Shown: positions 46,758-56,470 of the stretch, piece after piece
Layout of the letters: the number at the start of each line of letters is the position of its first letter
Position numbering within the stretch: the first letter of the stretch is position 1
NCBI GenBank assembly: GCA_963674865.2
Contig: CAXXYE010000003.1
Coordinates: forward strand, 96,001-160,000
Reading direction: 5' to 3'
From: Candidatus Hydrogenedentota bacterium
GTDB lineage: Bacteria > Hydrogenedentota > Hydrogenedentia > Hydrogenedentales > SLHB01
Length of the DNA: 64,000 bases
Made by a program: the position numbers and the translations under genes
The notes under the pieces: model-generated
What the model was told of the DNA's origin: nothing
Databases searched by the model: none
The model's input: the letters and a program-made list of their open reading frames with translations, nothing else

Positions 46758-49241
46758 ATGGCTGAATCGACCATCGAACTATCCCATATCGCCAAGAGCT
46801 TCGGCGGTGTACCTGCCCTTCAGGATGTGAGCATCACCTTCAAGGCCGGCGAAGTGCACGGCTTGGTGGGGGAGAACGGGGCCGGGAAGAGCACACTAAT
46901 CAACATTGCCACCGGCGTGCTTCGCCCCGATCAGGGAGCCATCCGCCTAAGTGGACATCCGATCACGCTGTCGGATGCGCGTGATGCGACGCGGCGCGGC
47001 ATTGCCGTCGTGCACCAGGAGGCGGATCTCTTTCCTCAACTCAGCATCGCCGAGAACATGCTCCTTGCTAGGGGGCTTGTCCGGGCGCGCACCGGGCTGA
47101 TCCAATGGCCTGCAACATACCGCCGCGCCGCACAGTTGATGGATGAAGTGGGGGAGTCGTTCGATGTACGGGCCACCGCCGGGGGACTGTCCGTCGCGAG
47201 GCGCATGATGGCCGAGATCGCTGCCGCGGTTTCGTGGGACCCGGTTGTCCTATTCCTGGATGAGCCCACTTCGGCGCTCTCCATGAACGAGATCCGGCGA
47301 CTTTTCGGACAGATTCGGGCGTTGAGTGACGCAGGCGTTGCCATCGTCTACGTCAGCCACCGGCTCGAGGAAGTGCTCGAGATTTGCGGGCGCGTAACCG
47401 TCCTTCGCGATGGCCGGTTGGTTGCGACCCAACCCGCATCCGAACTCACCATGGACCAGATTGTGTCCGCCATGGTGGGGCGCGAACTGGCCCAGATGTA
47501 TGCGAAGCGGGAGGTGCCGATTCGCGATGTCCGACTCGAAGTCGCCGGTGCGACGGCAAAGGATGGCGCCTTCAAGGACGTGTCCTTTTCCGTACGTGCG
47601 GGCGAGATCATGGGGATGTACGGTTTTGTCGGCGCGGGACGCAGCGAAATTGGCCAAGCCCTCTTCGGCCTCCGCCGGCTCTCGGAGGGGAAGGTTCTAG
47701 TCGATGGTAAGGACGTAAGCGCTCGCTCGCCGCGCGACGCCGTACGCAGTGGAATTGCTTACGTGCCGGAAGACCGCCTTGTCCAGGGGATCTTCCGGGG
47801 GCAATCCGTCCGAGCCAATGCGACAGTGGCCATGCTCCGGAAATTGTCGACCCTGGGCTGCATCCGCTCCCGGCGCGAGGTGGCCCTGGCGACGGCGGTG
47901 GTCGACGAGATGCGTGTGCGAACGAGTTCGATTGAACAGCCTATAGCTACGCTCAGCGGCGGAAACCAGCAGAAAGTGGCCTTTGGCCGCTGGCAGTGCA
48001 CGGCCCCGAAGGTGCTCATTCTTGATGAGCCCACGCGGGGCGTCGACATCGGCGCAAAGGCGGAGATCCACCGCCTGATCTGCGACTTGGCCGAGAAGGG
48101 AACGGCCATTCTGCTGATAAGTTCCGAACTGCCCGAGGTCATGGCCATGAGCGACCGCGTCATCGCCGTTTCCGAGGGGCGGATAACCGCCACATTGGAC
48201 CCTGCGCGGGATGGCGAGAAGGCGGTCGCGACGGCGGCCGTACCCAAGGGGACTCAGGCGGAAGCGGCGGCGCCTCGCTCCGAGCCGAAGCTTCTCAAGA
48301 GGTTGCTTCATCTTCGGGAACTGGGACTCATTGGATTCATAGCGGTTCTTTCCGTTGGCATGACGCTTGTTGCTCCCGGCAAGTTTGCGACCGTGCCGAA
48401 CTTCCTGGACATTCTCTCAAACGCGGCGCTGCCGGCAATGGTGGCGCAAGGCGCTATGCTCATCATCTGCGCGGGGGGCATCGACATCTCCGTGGGCTCG
48501 ATGCTCGGGCTCGTGGGCGCGATGGCGGCCATGGCGGCCACGGCCGGCGCGCCTCCGTGGCTGTGTCTTCTGCTTGCCGTCAGCGCTGGCGTTTGTCTGA
48601 GCCTGATCAACGCGGGCACCTCGCTGCTGGCGCGGATTCACCCTATCATTGTGACGCTGGCCGGCATCAGCATCTATCGCGGCCTCATGCGCGTTGTGAC
48701 CTCCAACCGCGAGATCATGAACCTGCCCGCGGGCTACCGCGCCCTTGCTGACGGCCGTGTGTTTGGCATCCCAAAGATCTGCTATTACGTCGTCGCCGTG
48801 ACGGTGTTGGTTCACCTCCTGTTGCGCTACACGCTGTGGGGACGCCGTGTTCTGGCCCTTGGCAACTCGGAGAGTGCGGGCAGGCAGATTGGCCTGTCTA
48901 AGGCGCGCCTCACGCTTTTCGTCTTCGCGGTGTCGGGCGCGCTGGTTGGGCTGGCCGCCGTGCTGCATGCGGGATACTACGGGAAGGTTCAGGCCAACAC
49001 GGGTGAGGGAATGGAACTGAAGGCTATTGCCGCGGCCGTGATCGGCGGCACCAATATCCTCGGCGGGCGCGGTTCGGCCCCGGGGACGCTCCTCGGCGCG
49101 TTTCTCGTGGCGCTTCTGTATAACGTCCTCATCCTGGCCGACATCAGCTCTTATTGGCAGAACCTGTTCGTGGGCGCGCTGATTCTCGGGGCCGTTGTCG
49201 TGGATGTTCTCCTGAACCGGCTGCGGGGGGCGGGGTCATGA
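46758..49241 (+). CDS. Sugar ABC transporter (CUT2): tandem ATPase fused to a permease
   Basis: GENGAGKS, LFLDEPT, VSHRL, LSGGNQQKV, LDEPTRGVD, then in frame a permease with GGIDISVGS, HPIIVTLA, LGNSESAG..IGL, AAAVIGGT.I.GG.G. Confidence 0.9.
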   Translation: MAESTIELSHIAKSFGGVPALQDVSITFKAGEVHGLVGENGAGKSTLINIATGVLRPDQGAIRLSGHPITLSDARDATRRGIAVVHQEADLFPQLSIAENMLLARGLVRARTGLIQWPATYRRAAQLMDEVGESFDVRATAGGLSVARRMMAEIAAAVSWDPVVLFLDEPTSALSMNEIRRLFGQIRALSDAGVAIVYVSHRLEEVLEICGRVTVLRDGRLVATQPASELTMDQIVSAMVGRELAQMYAKREVPIRDVRLEVAGATAKDGAFKDVSFSVRAGEIMGMYGFVGAGRSEIGQALFGLRRLSEGKVLVDGKDVSARSPRDAVRSGIAYVPEDRLVQGIFRGQSVRANATVAMLRKLSTLGCIRSRREVALATAVVDEMRVRTSSIEQPIATLSGGNQQKVAFGRWQCTAPKVLILDEPTRGVDIGAKAEIHRLICDLAEKGTAILLISSELPEVMAMSDRVIAVSEGRITATLDPARDGEKAVATAAVPKGTQAEAAAPRSEPKLLKRLLHLRELGLIGFIAVLSVGMTLVAPGKFATVPNFLDILSNAALPAMVAQGAMLIICAGGIDISVGSMLGLVGAMAAMAATAGAPPWLCLLLAVSAGVCLSLINAGTSLLARIHPIIVTLAGISIYRGLMRVVTSNREIMNLPAGYRALADGRVFGIPKICYYVVAVTVLVHLLLRYTLWGRRVLALGNSESAGRQIGLSKARLTLFVFAVSGALVGLAAVLHAGYYGKVQANTGEGMELKAIAAAVIGGTNILGGRGSAPGTLLGAFLVALLYNVLILADISSYWQNLFVGALILGAVVVDVLLNRLRGAGS

Positions 49242-50224
49242 TCCGCCGCGTGCTCGCCATGCGAGAAGCCGCATTGGCCTTGGTTGTGCTCGCTCTGTTC
49301 GCCGTGTTTGCGTTTACCGTGGAGGGCTTTGCCGACTGGTTCAATCTGTGTGAGCAATCCAGACACTGGATTGTGCCGGGGATGATCGCGGTACCCATGA
49401 CCCTTATCATTACGACGGCGGGCATCGACTTATCCGTTGGCTCCATGGTTGCTCTCTGCGGCACCGTGCTCGGCCTGCTCTATCGCGATGCGCAATGGCC
49501 CATCGCCCTGGCCGCGATGGCGGCGGTACTGGTGGGACTGAGCTGTGGCACGCTGAATGGCGTCGTGAGCAGCTACCTCGGCATCCCGCCGTTGGTAGTG
49601 ACGCTCGCGACCATGGCCCTCTTCCGCGGCGTGGCCATGGGCCTCAGCCAAGCGGAGCCTGTGACGGGCTTTCCGGCGGGCTTTCGGTGGCTGAGTCAAG
49701 GGGACCTCTTTACGATTCAGGGAAGCGGCGGGCCGGTTGGCCTGCCTGCCCCGCTGGTTGCCCTCGTGTTTGCGGTGTTGCTTGGTTGGATTGTCATGCG
49801 GCGCTCGTGGATGGGCCGCTACATCGAGTTCATCGGGGACAACGAGACGGCCGCCCGCTTCGCCGCCATTGACACCCGCCTCGTGAAGTGCGGCCTCTAC
49901 GCGGCCTGCGGCGCCATCTGCGGACTCGCCGCCATATTTCACACCGCCCTTTTTGCCACCGCCAAGGCCGACACCGCGCAAGGACTCGAGTTGAGCGTCA
50001 TTGCGTGCGTGGTGGTCGGCGGGACGCGGATCTCCGGCGGGCGCGGCACCGTTATCGGCACGTTGTTCGGCCTCCTGATCATCGGTATGCTGGGCTTCGG
50101 ACTCGATATGGCCGAAGTCGATTGGCTCGGTTCGCAACACATCGTGATATTTGTTGGCGCCTTGGTTATCGTCACGGCGATTTTCAATGAGTGGATGGCC
50201 CGCTGGAAAGGAGACCACCAATGA
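49238..50224 (+). CDS. Sugar ABC transporter permease
   Basis: AGIDLSVGS, IPPLVVTLATMALFRG, IGDNETAARFAAI, IACVVVGGT.ISGG.G; ATGA overlap with the previous gene. Confidence 0.92.
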   Translation: MIRRVLAMREAALALVVLALFAVFAFTVEGFADWFNLCEQSRHWIVPGMIAVPMTLIITTAGIDLSVGSMVALCGTVLGLLYRDAQWPIALAAMAAVLVGLSCGTLNGVVSSYLGIPPLVVTLATMALFRGVAMGLSQAEPVTGFPAGFRWLSQGDLFTIQGSGGPVGLPAPLVALVFAVLLGWIVMRRSWMGRYIEFIGDNETAARFAAIDTRLVKCGLYAACGAICGLAAIFHTALFATAKADTAQGLELSVIACVVVGGTRISGGRGTVIGTLFGLLIIGMLGFGLDMAEVDWLGSQHIVIFVGALVIVTAIFNEWMARWKGDHQ

Positions 50225-51267
50225 GAAAACTTGTCATAGCGCTCTTGCTGCTCCCGATTATGGGCGTGGGTTGTGCGCCGGAGTCGCAGGAGGGCACGCC
50301 TTCCCCCGGCACGGCGCCCGACGAGGGCACGGCTCCGGAAGCGGCCACCGACGCGGAATTCACCATCGGCGTGATGCCGAAGCTTGTCGGAATCGACTTC
50401 TTCAACGCTACGGAACGGGGCGCCTTCGAGGCAGGGAACGAACTCGGCGTCCATATGGTGTTCGACGGGCCGGTGACGAATGATGTCAACGCCCAGGTTC
50501 AGATGCTCGATAAGTGGATCTTCAAGAAATACGACGCCATAGCCGTCGCGCCAAACGATCCCGATGCCATTGCCCCGGTGCTCGAGAAAGCCCGCAGCCG
50601 TGGCATCACTGTCGTCACTTGGGATGCCGATGCGCAGGTGGGGGCGAGGGACTTCTTTGTCAACCAGTGTACTTCGGCTAGTGTGGCGAAGACGCTTATG
50701 GACGTCATGGCCGAGGGGGCGGGAGCCGAGTCCAACTACATCATTGTCACCGGTTCACTCACCGCCTACAACCAGCGGATTTGGATGGACGAGATGGAGC
50801 AGTACCGGCAGAGCGCTTATCCCGGTATGACAAATCTCTCCGAGACGCCGAAGGCTTCCGAAGAAGATCAGGCTCTGGCGACGCAGGTGACCACGGATTG
50901 CCTGAAGGCCTATGACACCTTAGAAGGCATCTTCGCCATCACTTCCGTAGCGTTGCCGGGCGCGGCCGAGGCCCTGCGGAAGACGGGCCGCGCCGATGAT
51001 GTGTTTCTCACCGGATTAGCCACGCCGAATGCCATGCGCGAATACGTGCTCGACGGCACCGTCAAGAAGTTCGTGCTCTGGAATCCCGTCGACCTTGGCT
51101 ATCTGGCAGTGCAAGTGGCCGTTGCCAGCGCCAAAGGCGAACTGCAACCGGGAGTGGAGACATTCAAGGCCGGGAGACTCGGAGAGTTGGCTGTCAAAGG
51201 CGACCAAGTGATTCTAGGCGATCCCATCATCTTCGACAGTGACAACATCGACCAATACGACTTCTAA
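50221..51267 (+). CDS. LsrB/RhaS-like sugar ABC transporter substrate-binding lipoprotein
   Basis: Lipoprotein-like signal ending GVGC; MPKLVGIDFF, AIAVAPND, VTWDAD, NQ..W, LWNP.DLGY. Confidence 0.87.
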   Translation: MRKLVIALLLLPIMGVGCAPESQEGTPSPGTAPDEGTAPEAATDAEFTIGVMPKLVGIDFFNATERGAFEAGNELGVHMVFDGPVTNDVNAQVQMLDKWIFKKYDAIAVAPNDPDAIAPVLEKARSRGITVVTWDADAQVGARDFFVNQCTSASVAKTLMDVMAEGAGAESNYIIVTGSLTAYNQRIWMDEMEQYRQSAYPGMTNLSETPKASEEDQALATQVTTDCLKAYDTLEGIFAITSVALPGAAEALRKTGRADDVFLTGLATPNAMREYVLDGTVKKFVLWNPVDLGYLAVQVAVASAKGELQPGVETFKAGRLGELAVKGDQVILGDPIIFDSDNIDQYDF

Positions 51268-51289
51268 CGGCAAAAAGCTCTGAGCGGCG

Positions 51290-52810
51290 TCAACTCTTAA
51301 TCTCTTTGCGCGTCGTCGCGTTGAGAATCCGCGTGTCGTGGATGTGGAAGTCGGAAACCGACTCGACATCGATCTCGCGGCCGAAGACGCGCGCGATCTC
51401 GTCGAGATACTCCTTGTTTTCATTGCGTAGGCGCCGCGCGACGTCGGGATGTACCTGGAGAATGACGTGCTTGTGCCGGCTCTCACAGAAAAGGCTTTGT
51501 AGCTTGCGGAGGGCCTGAAACGTCATCGTGGTCACGGAGCGGACGAGGCCGCTCCCTTCGCAGTAGGGGCAGGACTGCGACAGCGCCTTGACGATGTTGT
51601 GCTTCACCCGTTTCCGCGTCATTTCAATCATGCCGAGTTCGCTCACCTCCGACACGGTGCTCTTCGCGCGATCCGCTTTGAGGCATTCCTGCAGCTTCCG
51701 GAGAAGGTCACGCCGGTTGCGCTCGATTTGCATGTCAATGAAGTCGATGACGATGATCCCGCCCATATCGCGCAGCCGGACCTGGCGGGCGATCTCCTCA
51801 GCCGCCTCCATATTGGTTTTGAAGACGGTTTCCTCCAGCCGCCGTTTTCCGGTGAAGCGCCCCGTGTTGACGTCGATGGCTACCAGCGCCTCGGTTTGCT
51901 CGATGCAGATGTGGCCGCCGCTCTTGAGATAGACCTGCTGGCGCAGGGCCTTGTCGATCTCGCCTTCTATCTCGAATTTGTCAAACATCGGACGCTTTCC
52001 CTGATACAGCTTGCACCGTTTGCGGAGATTCGGCGCGAACGTGTCGAGGAAGTTCAGGATGCGGCTGTATTCAGTGCCGCTGTCCACCGTTAGCCGCTGG
52101 AAGTCCGATGAGAAAGTGTCCCGTATCACACGCAGAATGGGCCCGAGGTCCTCATGCAGCAGGCACGGCGCCTTCACCGATTCCATCTTCGACTTGACCT
52201 TGCTCCAGACCTTCGTGAGGTAGGCCAGGTCGCTTTGGAACTCCTTCTTGCTCACGCCTTCTCCGGCGGTGCGGGTGATCAATCCGACGCTCTTGGGGCG
52301 GATTTGCTGCAGGATCTTCTTGAGGCGGTCGCGTTCTTTTTCATTCTCTATCTTGCGCGACACGCCCAACTGCGTCACGGTGGGCATCAGCACCAAACAG
52401 CGCCCCGGCAGTGTCACAAAATTGGTGAGCCGCATTCCCTTGCTTCCGAGGGTGTCCTTGCTGACCTGCACCATGATGTGCTGATTCTTGCGAAGGATTT
52501 TCTCAATGGACGTTTGCCTGGCGTGACGTCCGCGCGTGCGCGGCCGCGCCGTTCCATCCACGAAGTCGAAATCGCCCGTTCCGGCCGCTGCGGCGATATC
52601 CGAGACGTAGAGGAATCCGTTTTTCTCGAAGCCGATGTCCACGAAGGCGGCTTGGATGCCGGGGACGACCGCATCGACACGTCCCTTGTAGATGTTGCCG
52701 ACGATGCTTCGGCTCTCCTGGCGCTCAATGAGCAGCTCTGCCAGGCGCTTTTCCTCTAGGAGGGCGATACGCGTCTCCAGGGGACCAACATTGATGACAA
52801 ACTCTTTCAT
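51290..52810 (-). CDS. rng: Ribonuclease G (RNase E/G family)
   Basis: VGNIYKGRV..V.PGIQAAFVDIG, LKSGG.I.IEQTEAL.AIDVNTG, QVRLRDMGGIIVIDFIDM, CPYCEGSG; 506 aa with no long C-terminal scaffold. Confidence 0.93.
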   Translation of the reverse strand: MKEFVINVGPLETRIALLEEKRLAELLIERQESRSIVGNIYKGRVDAVVPGIQAAFVDIGFEKNGFLYVSDIAAAAGTGDFDFVDGTARPRTRGRHARQTSIEKILRKNQHIMVQVSKDTLGSKGMRLTNFVTLPGRCLVLMPTVTQLGVSRKIENEKERDRLKKILQQIRPKSVGLITRTAGEGVSKKEFQSDLAYLTKVWSKVKSKMESVKAPCLLHEDLGPILRVIRDTFSSDFQRLTVDSGTEYSRILNFLDTFAPNLRKRCKLYQGKRPMFDKFEIEGEIDKALRQQVYLKSGGHICIEQTEALVAIDVNTGRFTGKRRLEETVFKTNMEAAEEIARQVRLRDMGGIIVIDFIDMQIERNRRDLLRKLQECLKADRAKSTVSEVSELGMIEMTRKRVKHNIVKALSQSCPYCEGSGLVRSVTTMTFQALRKLQSLFCESRHKHVILQVHPDVARRLRNENKEYLDEIARVFGREIDVESVSDFHIHDTRILNATTRKEIKS

Positions 52811-52868
52811 AATAGCTCCATATTCTTTTCAGGCATTCGGCCATGGTAAATGGCCGGCCTTTGTCTTC

Positions 52869-53996
52869 TCATTTCGCGAAATACCCCTTCCGCAGCGGCA
52901 CGCTCAGAAGCACGCCGACACACGCCATGGTGGTCAGGCAAAACGAGCCCCCATAGCTCAGGAAGGGTAATGGTATGCCCATGACGGGCAGTAATGCCAG
53001 CGTGACCGCGACGTTCACAAATGCGTGAAAGCCGAGGACTGTCACCACGCCGACGGCAAGCAGCGTTCCCGATAGCTCGTCGGAATCCCGGCCCAGCTTC
53101 AACGCGCGCAGGAAAAACGCGGCAAAGAGCGCGAGCAGGCCCGCGGCTCCTACAAAGCCCTGCTCCTCGGCGAGCAAAGCGAAGATGAAGTCGGTGTGAT
53201 GCTCCGGAAGCCAGCGCAGGTGAGTCTGTGTGCCTTTCAGGAATCCTTTGCCTTTGATCTGTCCGCTGCCGACGGTGATCTTGGTTTGGCGGGGCTGCCA
53301 TCCCAATTCTTGCCCCTTGGGATCGAGTTCAGGATTCAGGAACGTCCGAATGCGCTTCTTCTGGTAGTTATCCTCATCAATCTGCCGCCACAGTATGGGC
53401 GCCGCCACGAGGCCGATGAGGATGATGGCGGCAAGGTGCCAGCGTTTACATCCCGCGGCGTACAACATGACAAACGGCAACGGCAACAGCGTCAGGGCCG
53501 TTCCGGTGTCATTTTGAAGCCGGATCAATACGCACGGCAGGCCAGTGATGACGAAGGCTAAGAGGAAGTAGGGCAGTTTCGCCACCCGCTTGCCGATGGT
53601 CGAAAGATACCAAGCCAGCATATACACGACGGCGATTTTGCTGAGTTCGGACGGTTGGTAGCGCAGCGGCCCGATGCCCAGCCAGCTCTTACCGCCGCGG
53701 GCCTCGACACCGAAGAACAGAACCAGAACCAGCAATCCGATGGCGACGCCGTAGATGACGGGCGCCAATGAAACAAGGAAGCGATAGTCCGTGCAAACGA
53801 TCGCCGCTGCCACGATGGCTCCGAGGATGAACCAGACGCCCTGCTTCTCGAAATTGGAGGTCGAGCCCGCCTGGCCGTGACCCGCGCTGTAGAGCGTGAT
53901 GAGCCCAATCCCCGCGAGCACGACGGCCAACAGCACCAGCACGCGATCGACGCGGCGCAAGTTGCGCACGTCAACCACGCCGATGTGAGCATGCAT
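52869..53996 (-). CDS. rodA: Rod shape-determining protein RodA (SEDS family)
   Basis: QPSELSK, QNDTGT, VGSG...GKG...GTQ....LPE.HTDFIF, GIPLPFLSYGGS. Start position uncertain. Confidence 0.93.
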   Translation of the reverse strand: MHAHIGVVDVRNLRRVDRVLVLLAVVLAGIGLITLYSAGHGQAGSTSNFEKQGVWFILGAIVAAAIVCTDYRFLVSLAPVIYGVAIGLLVLVLFFGVEARGGKSWLGIGPLRYQPSELSKIAVVYMLAWYLSTIGKRVAKLPYFLLAFVITGLPCVLIRLQNDTGTALTLLPLPFVMLYAAGCKRWHLAAIILIGLVAAPILWRQIDEDNYQKKRIRTFLNPELDPKGQELGWQPRQTKITVGSGQIKGKGFLKGTQTHLRWLPEHHTDFIFALLAEEQGFVGAAGLLALFAAFFLRALKLGRDSDELSGTLLAVGVVTVLGFHAFVNVAVTLALLPVMGIPLPFLSYGGSFCLTTMACVGVLLSVPLRKGYFAK

Positions 53997-54006
53997 GATC
54001 TGTGAG

Positions 54007-55947
54007 TTATTGATTGCCAATGTCCTCGGAGACCTCTCCCCCCTTCGCCAGAAGGAGTGATTCGAGTTCTTGGCCATAGAAGAACTCGATTACCTGCCGA
54101 GCTAGGGGCGCGGCCGACGAACTACCGTGGAGGCCGTGCTCGATGAGCACGCTGACCGCGATAGGCGGGTCGCGGTCGAGCACGCCCGCGACAAACCACG
54201 CGTGATCGCGCAGTTTGTATGGGATATCTTCCTCGTTCTCGTAATGATCATACTTGTCTCGGGACACGACTTGGGCCGTCCCCGTCTTCCCCAGCACAAC
54301 CATGCCGGGGATCTGCGCTTCTATACCGGTTCCTCTCGGGAAGGTCGTATGTTCAACACATTTTTGCATACCCTTCCGGACTATCTCGATGGTCTTCTCG
54401 CTTACAACGCGCTTGCTTGCGTCGAGCGCACATGCGGCGTCCAAGTAGGGATGCACCTGATAGCCGCCGTTTACCACCACCGCCATCACCGTCGCCGCCT
54501 GAAGGGGCGTTACCGTGACGTATCCTTGTCCGATGGCAAGGTCCGCGGTCTCCGCGGGATACCACTTCCGATCCCACGGATCGCGCGAAGCGAAGAGCTC
54601 CGCCTTCCACTCGCGGGACGGTATGACGCCGATTACCTCGCCCATGCCGAGGCCGCTCGCCTCCCCATATCCGAGACGAACGGCCCAATCATGGATCTGA
54701 TCCACTCCCAACATCAGGCCGACGCTGTAGAAATACACATCGCACGAGTAGGCGAGTGCATCGACTATCGATACGTCCCCGTGCCCGCCGAGACGCCAGC
54801 GCCAACACCGTTTCTGGTATCCTGGGCGCTTGAGAAAGCCGTTGCAAAAGAAGCTCGTGTTCTCGTTCACGGTACCGTTCTCGAGAGCGGCGATGGCCAC
54901 AAGGATCTTGAACACCGATCCTGGAGGATAGTGAGACTGAAAGCACCGGTTGCGCATCGGGGCCGCCTTGTCGGATAGCACGGCCCGGCGCTCGTTTGAG
55001 CGGCTCCCCTCAATGAAGATGGAGGGGTCGTAGCGCGGCGAACTGGCCAAGGTGAGAATCTCGCCCGTCTTGGCATTGAGCACCGCAATGGCCCCCACCT
55101 GGCCGGCAAGGAGTCTCTCGGCGAAGGCCTGAAGCTCGACGTCGATGGTGATATGCACCGCCCGTCCCGACTGCGGGTCGATGGACCATTCCGCCTCCTC
55201 TTCCAGTGTGCGCCCGAAGCTGTCTACCTCGACGTACGGTTTCCCATAGGCGTCCGTGCGCATTTGAGGGGCGCTGTCCGGGCGTCTATTGTTCACCCAG
55301 ATCTGCCCGTCGGTGCCTCGCAACTCATCTTCGTAGAGCTTCTCGAGTCCCCCGATACCTACAATATCGCCCATCTTGTAGCGGGGGGCGCGGCGCTTCA
55401 ACTCGTCAGGGCCGATCTCGCCCAGATAGCCAAGGAGCTGCCCCGCCACCGGCCCATGAAGGTAGCGTCGATGCGGGCGAACCACCGTGAAGATCCCCGG
55501 CAGAAGAAAGGCGTGTTCCTCGATCCGGTTGAGCGCCGTCCGGGAGATGTCGCGCTTGACCTCAACCTGCTTGTACGGCTCGTCGGCGCTTTCTTGGATC
55601 TTGGCCAACAGCTGCTCGGCGTCCACGTGAATCAGGTCTTCGAGGAGAACGCATACGGCCTCCGGGGCCGTGCACTCCTTAGGCACCACGACCACATCCC
55701 AGGCAGGTCGATTGTCGGCAAGAATGACTTGCTCATTCCGGCCATAGATGGTTCCCCGCGGCGCCTCCACCCGCAGCACGCACATTCTGTTTCTTGTGGA
55801 GAGTGCGCCGTAGTCCGCCCCGTGGACCACTTGGAGCTGCACCAAACGCGCGACCAGGACACCGAGCGCGATGATGAGGGCCACGGCGATGTGCCGCGTG
55901 CGCCCTTCAAAGCGATGGCGGTGCCTCTGGTTATAATTGGCGAGCAT
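54007..55947 (-). CDS. mrdA: Penicillin-binding protein 2
   Basis: APRG.IY.RN, YPPGSVFK (SxxK), SCD (SxD), GKTGTAQ, DHAWF. Confidence 0.94.
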   Translation of the reverse strand: MLANYNQRHRHRFEGRTRHIAVALIIALGVLVARLVQLQVVHGADYGALSTRNRMCVLRVEAPRGTIYGRNEQVILADNRPAWDVVVVPKECTAPEAVCVLLEDLIHVDAEQLLAKIQESADEPYKQVEVKRDISRTALNRIEEHAFLLPGIFTVVRPHRRYLHGPVAGQLLGYLGEIGPDELKRRAPRYKMGDIVGIGGLEKLYEDELRGTDGQIWVNNRRPDSAPQMRTDAYGKPYVEVDSFGRTLEEEAEWSIDPQSGRAVHITIDVELQAFAERLLAGQVGAIAVLNAKTGEILTLASSPRYDPSIFIEGSRSNERRAVLSDKAAPMRNRCFQSHYPPGSVFKILVAIAALENGTVNENTSFFCNGFLKRPGYQKRCWRWRLGGHGDVSIVDALAYSCDVYFYSVGLMLGVDQIHDWAVRLGYGEASGLGMGEVIGVIPSREWKAELFASRDPWDRKWYPAETADLAIGQGYVTVTPLQAATVMAVVVNGGYQVHPYLDAACALDASKRVVSEKTIEIVRKGMQKCVEHTTFPRGTGIEAQIPGMVVLGKTGTAQVVSRDKYDHYENEEDIPYKLRDHAWFVAGVLDRDPPIAVSVLIEHGLHGSSSAAPLARQVIEFFYGQELESLLLAKGGEVSEDIGNQ

Positions 55948-56454
55948 CTAGTCCGCTCCCGCCTGCACCGTCATAGAGGATCGGAAACAGCGCTCCAGCA
56001 CAAAGAAGACAAGCGGCGTCACGAGACTCGTGTAAAAGGCCGTGGGGACGGCGCTTGTAAGGATGGTTTTGAGCACACCGATCTCCGGTTGCTGCACGTA
56101 GCGTATGCCCGCGAACAAGATCCCCTGCGCCAAGCTGCCAAGAAGGACGAGGCCGGCCTTCACTGCCGCGTGTTCCGTAATGAGGCGCGTGGCCAATCTC
56201 CCTACGGCATAGGCGACGACCACATTGCACAGCACATGGTGCCCCAACGTCGTATCGCTTGCCACATCCTGCAAAATGCCCCCGACGGCGCCCGTGAACA
56301 TCGCCCGTTCCTCGCTCTCCGCAATGGCGAAATAGACCACAAGAACGAGGACAAGGTCGGGCAGGACCCCCTCGACCCGGACGACTTCAAGCCACGTGGT
56401 CTGGACAAGGGCAGCCCCGACCACAAACGCGAGCCAAAACAAGTTTTTCCGCAT
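55948..56454 (-). CDS. mreD: Rod shape-determining protein MreD
   Basis: Hydrophobic protein with PDLVL..VVYFA and GG.LQD...LG; lies between mreC and mrdA. Confidence 0.9.
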   Translation of the reverse strand: MRKNLFWLAFVVGAALVQTTWLEVVRVEGVLPDLVLVLVVYFAIAESEERAMFTGAVGGILQDVASDTTLGHHVLCNVVVAYAVGRLATRLITEHAAVKAGLVLLGSLAQGILFAGIRYVQQPEIGVLKTILTSAVPTAFYTSLVTPLVFFVLERCFRSSMTVQAGAD

Positions 56455-56470
56455 GTCTCGTCTTCAGAGA

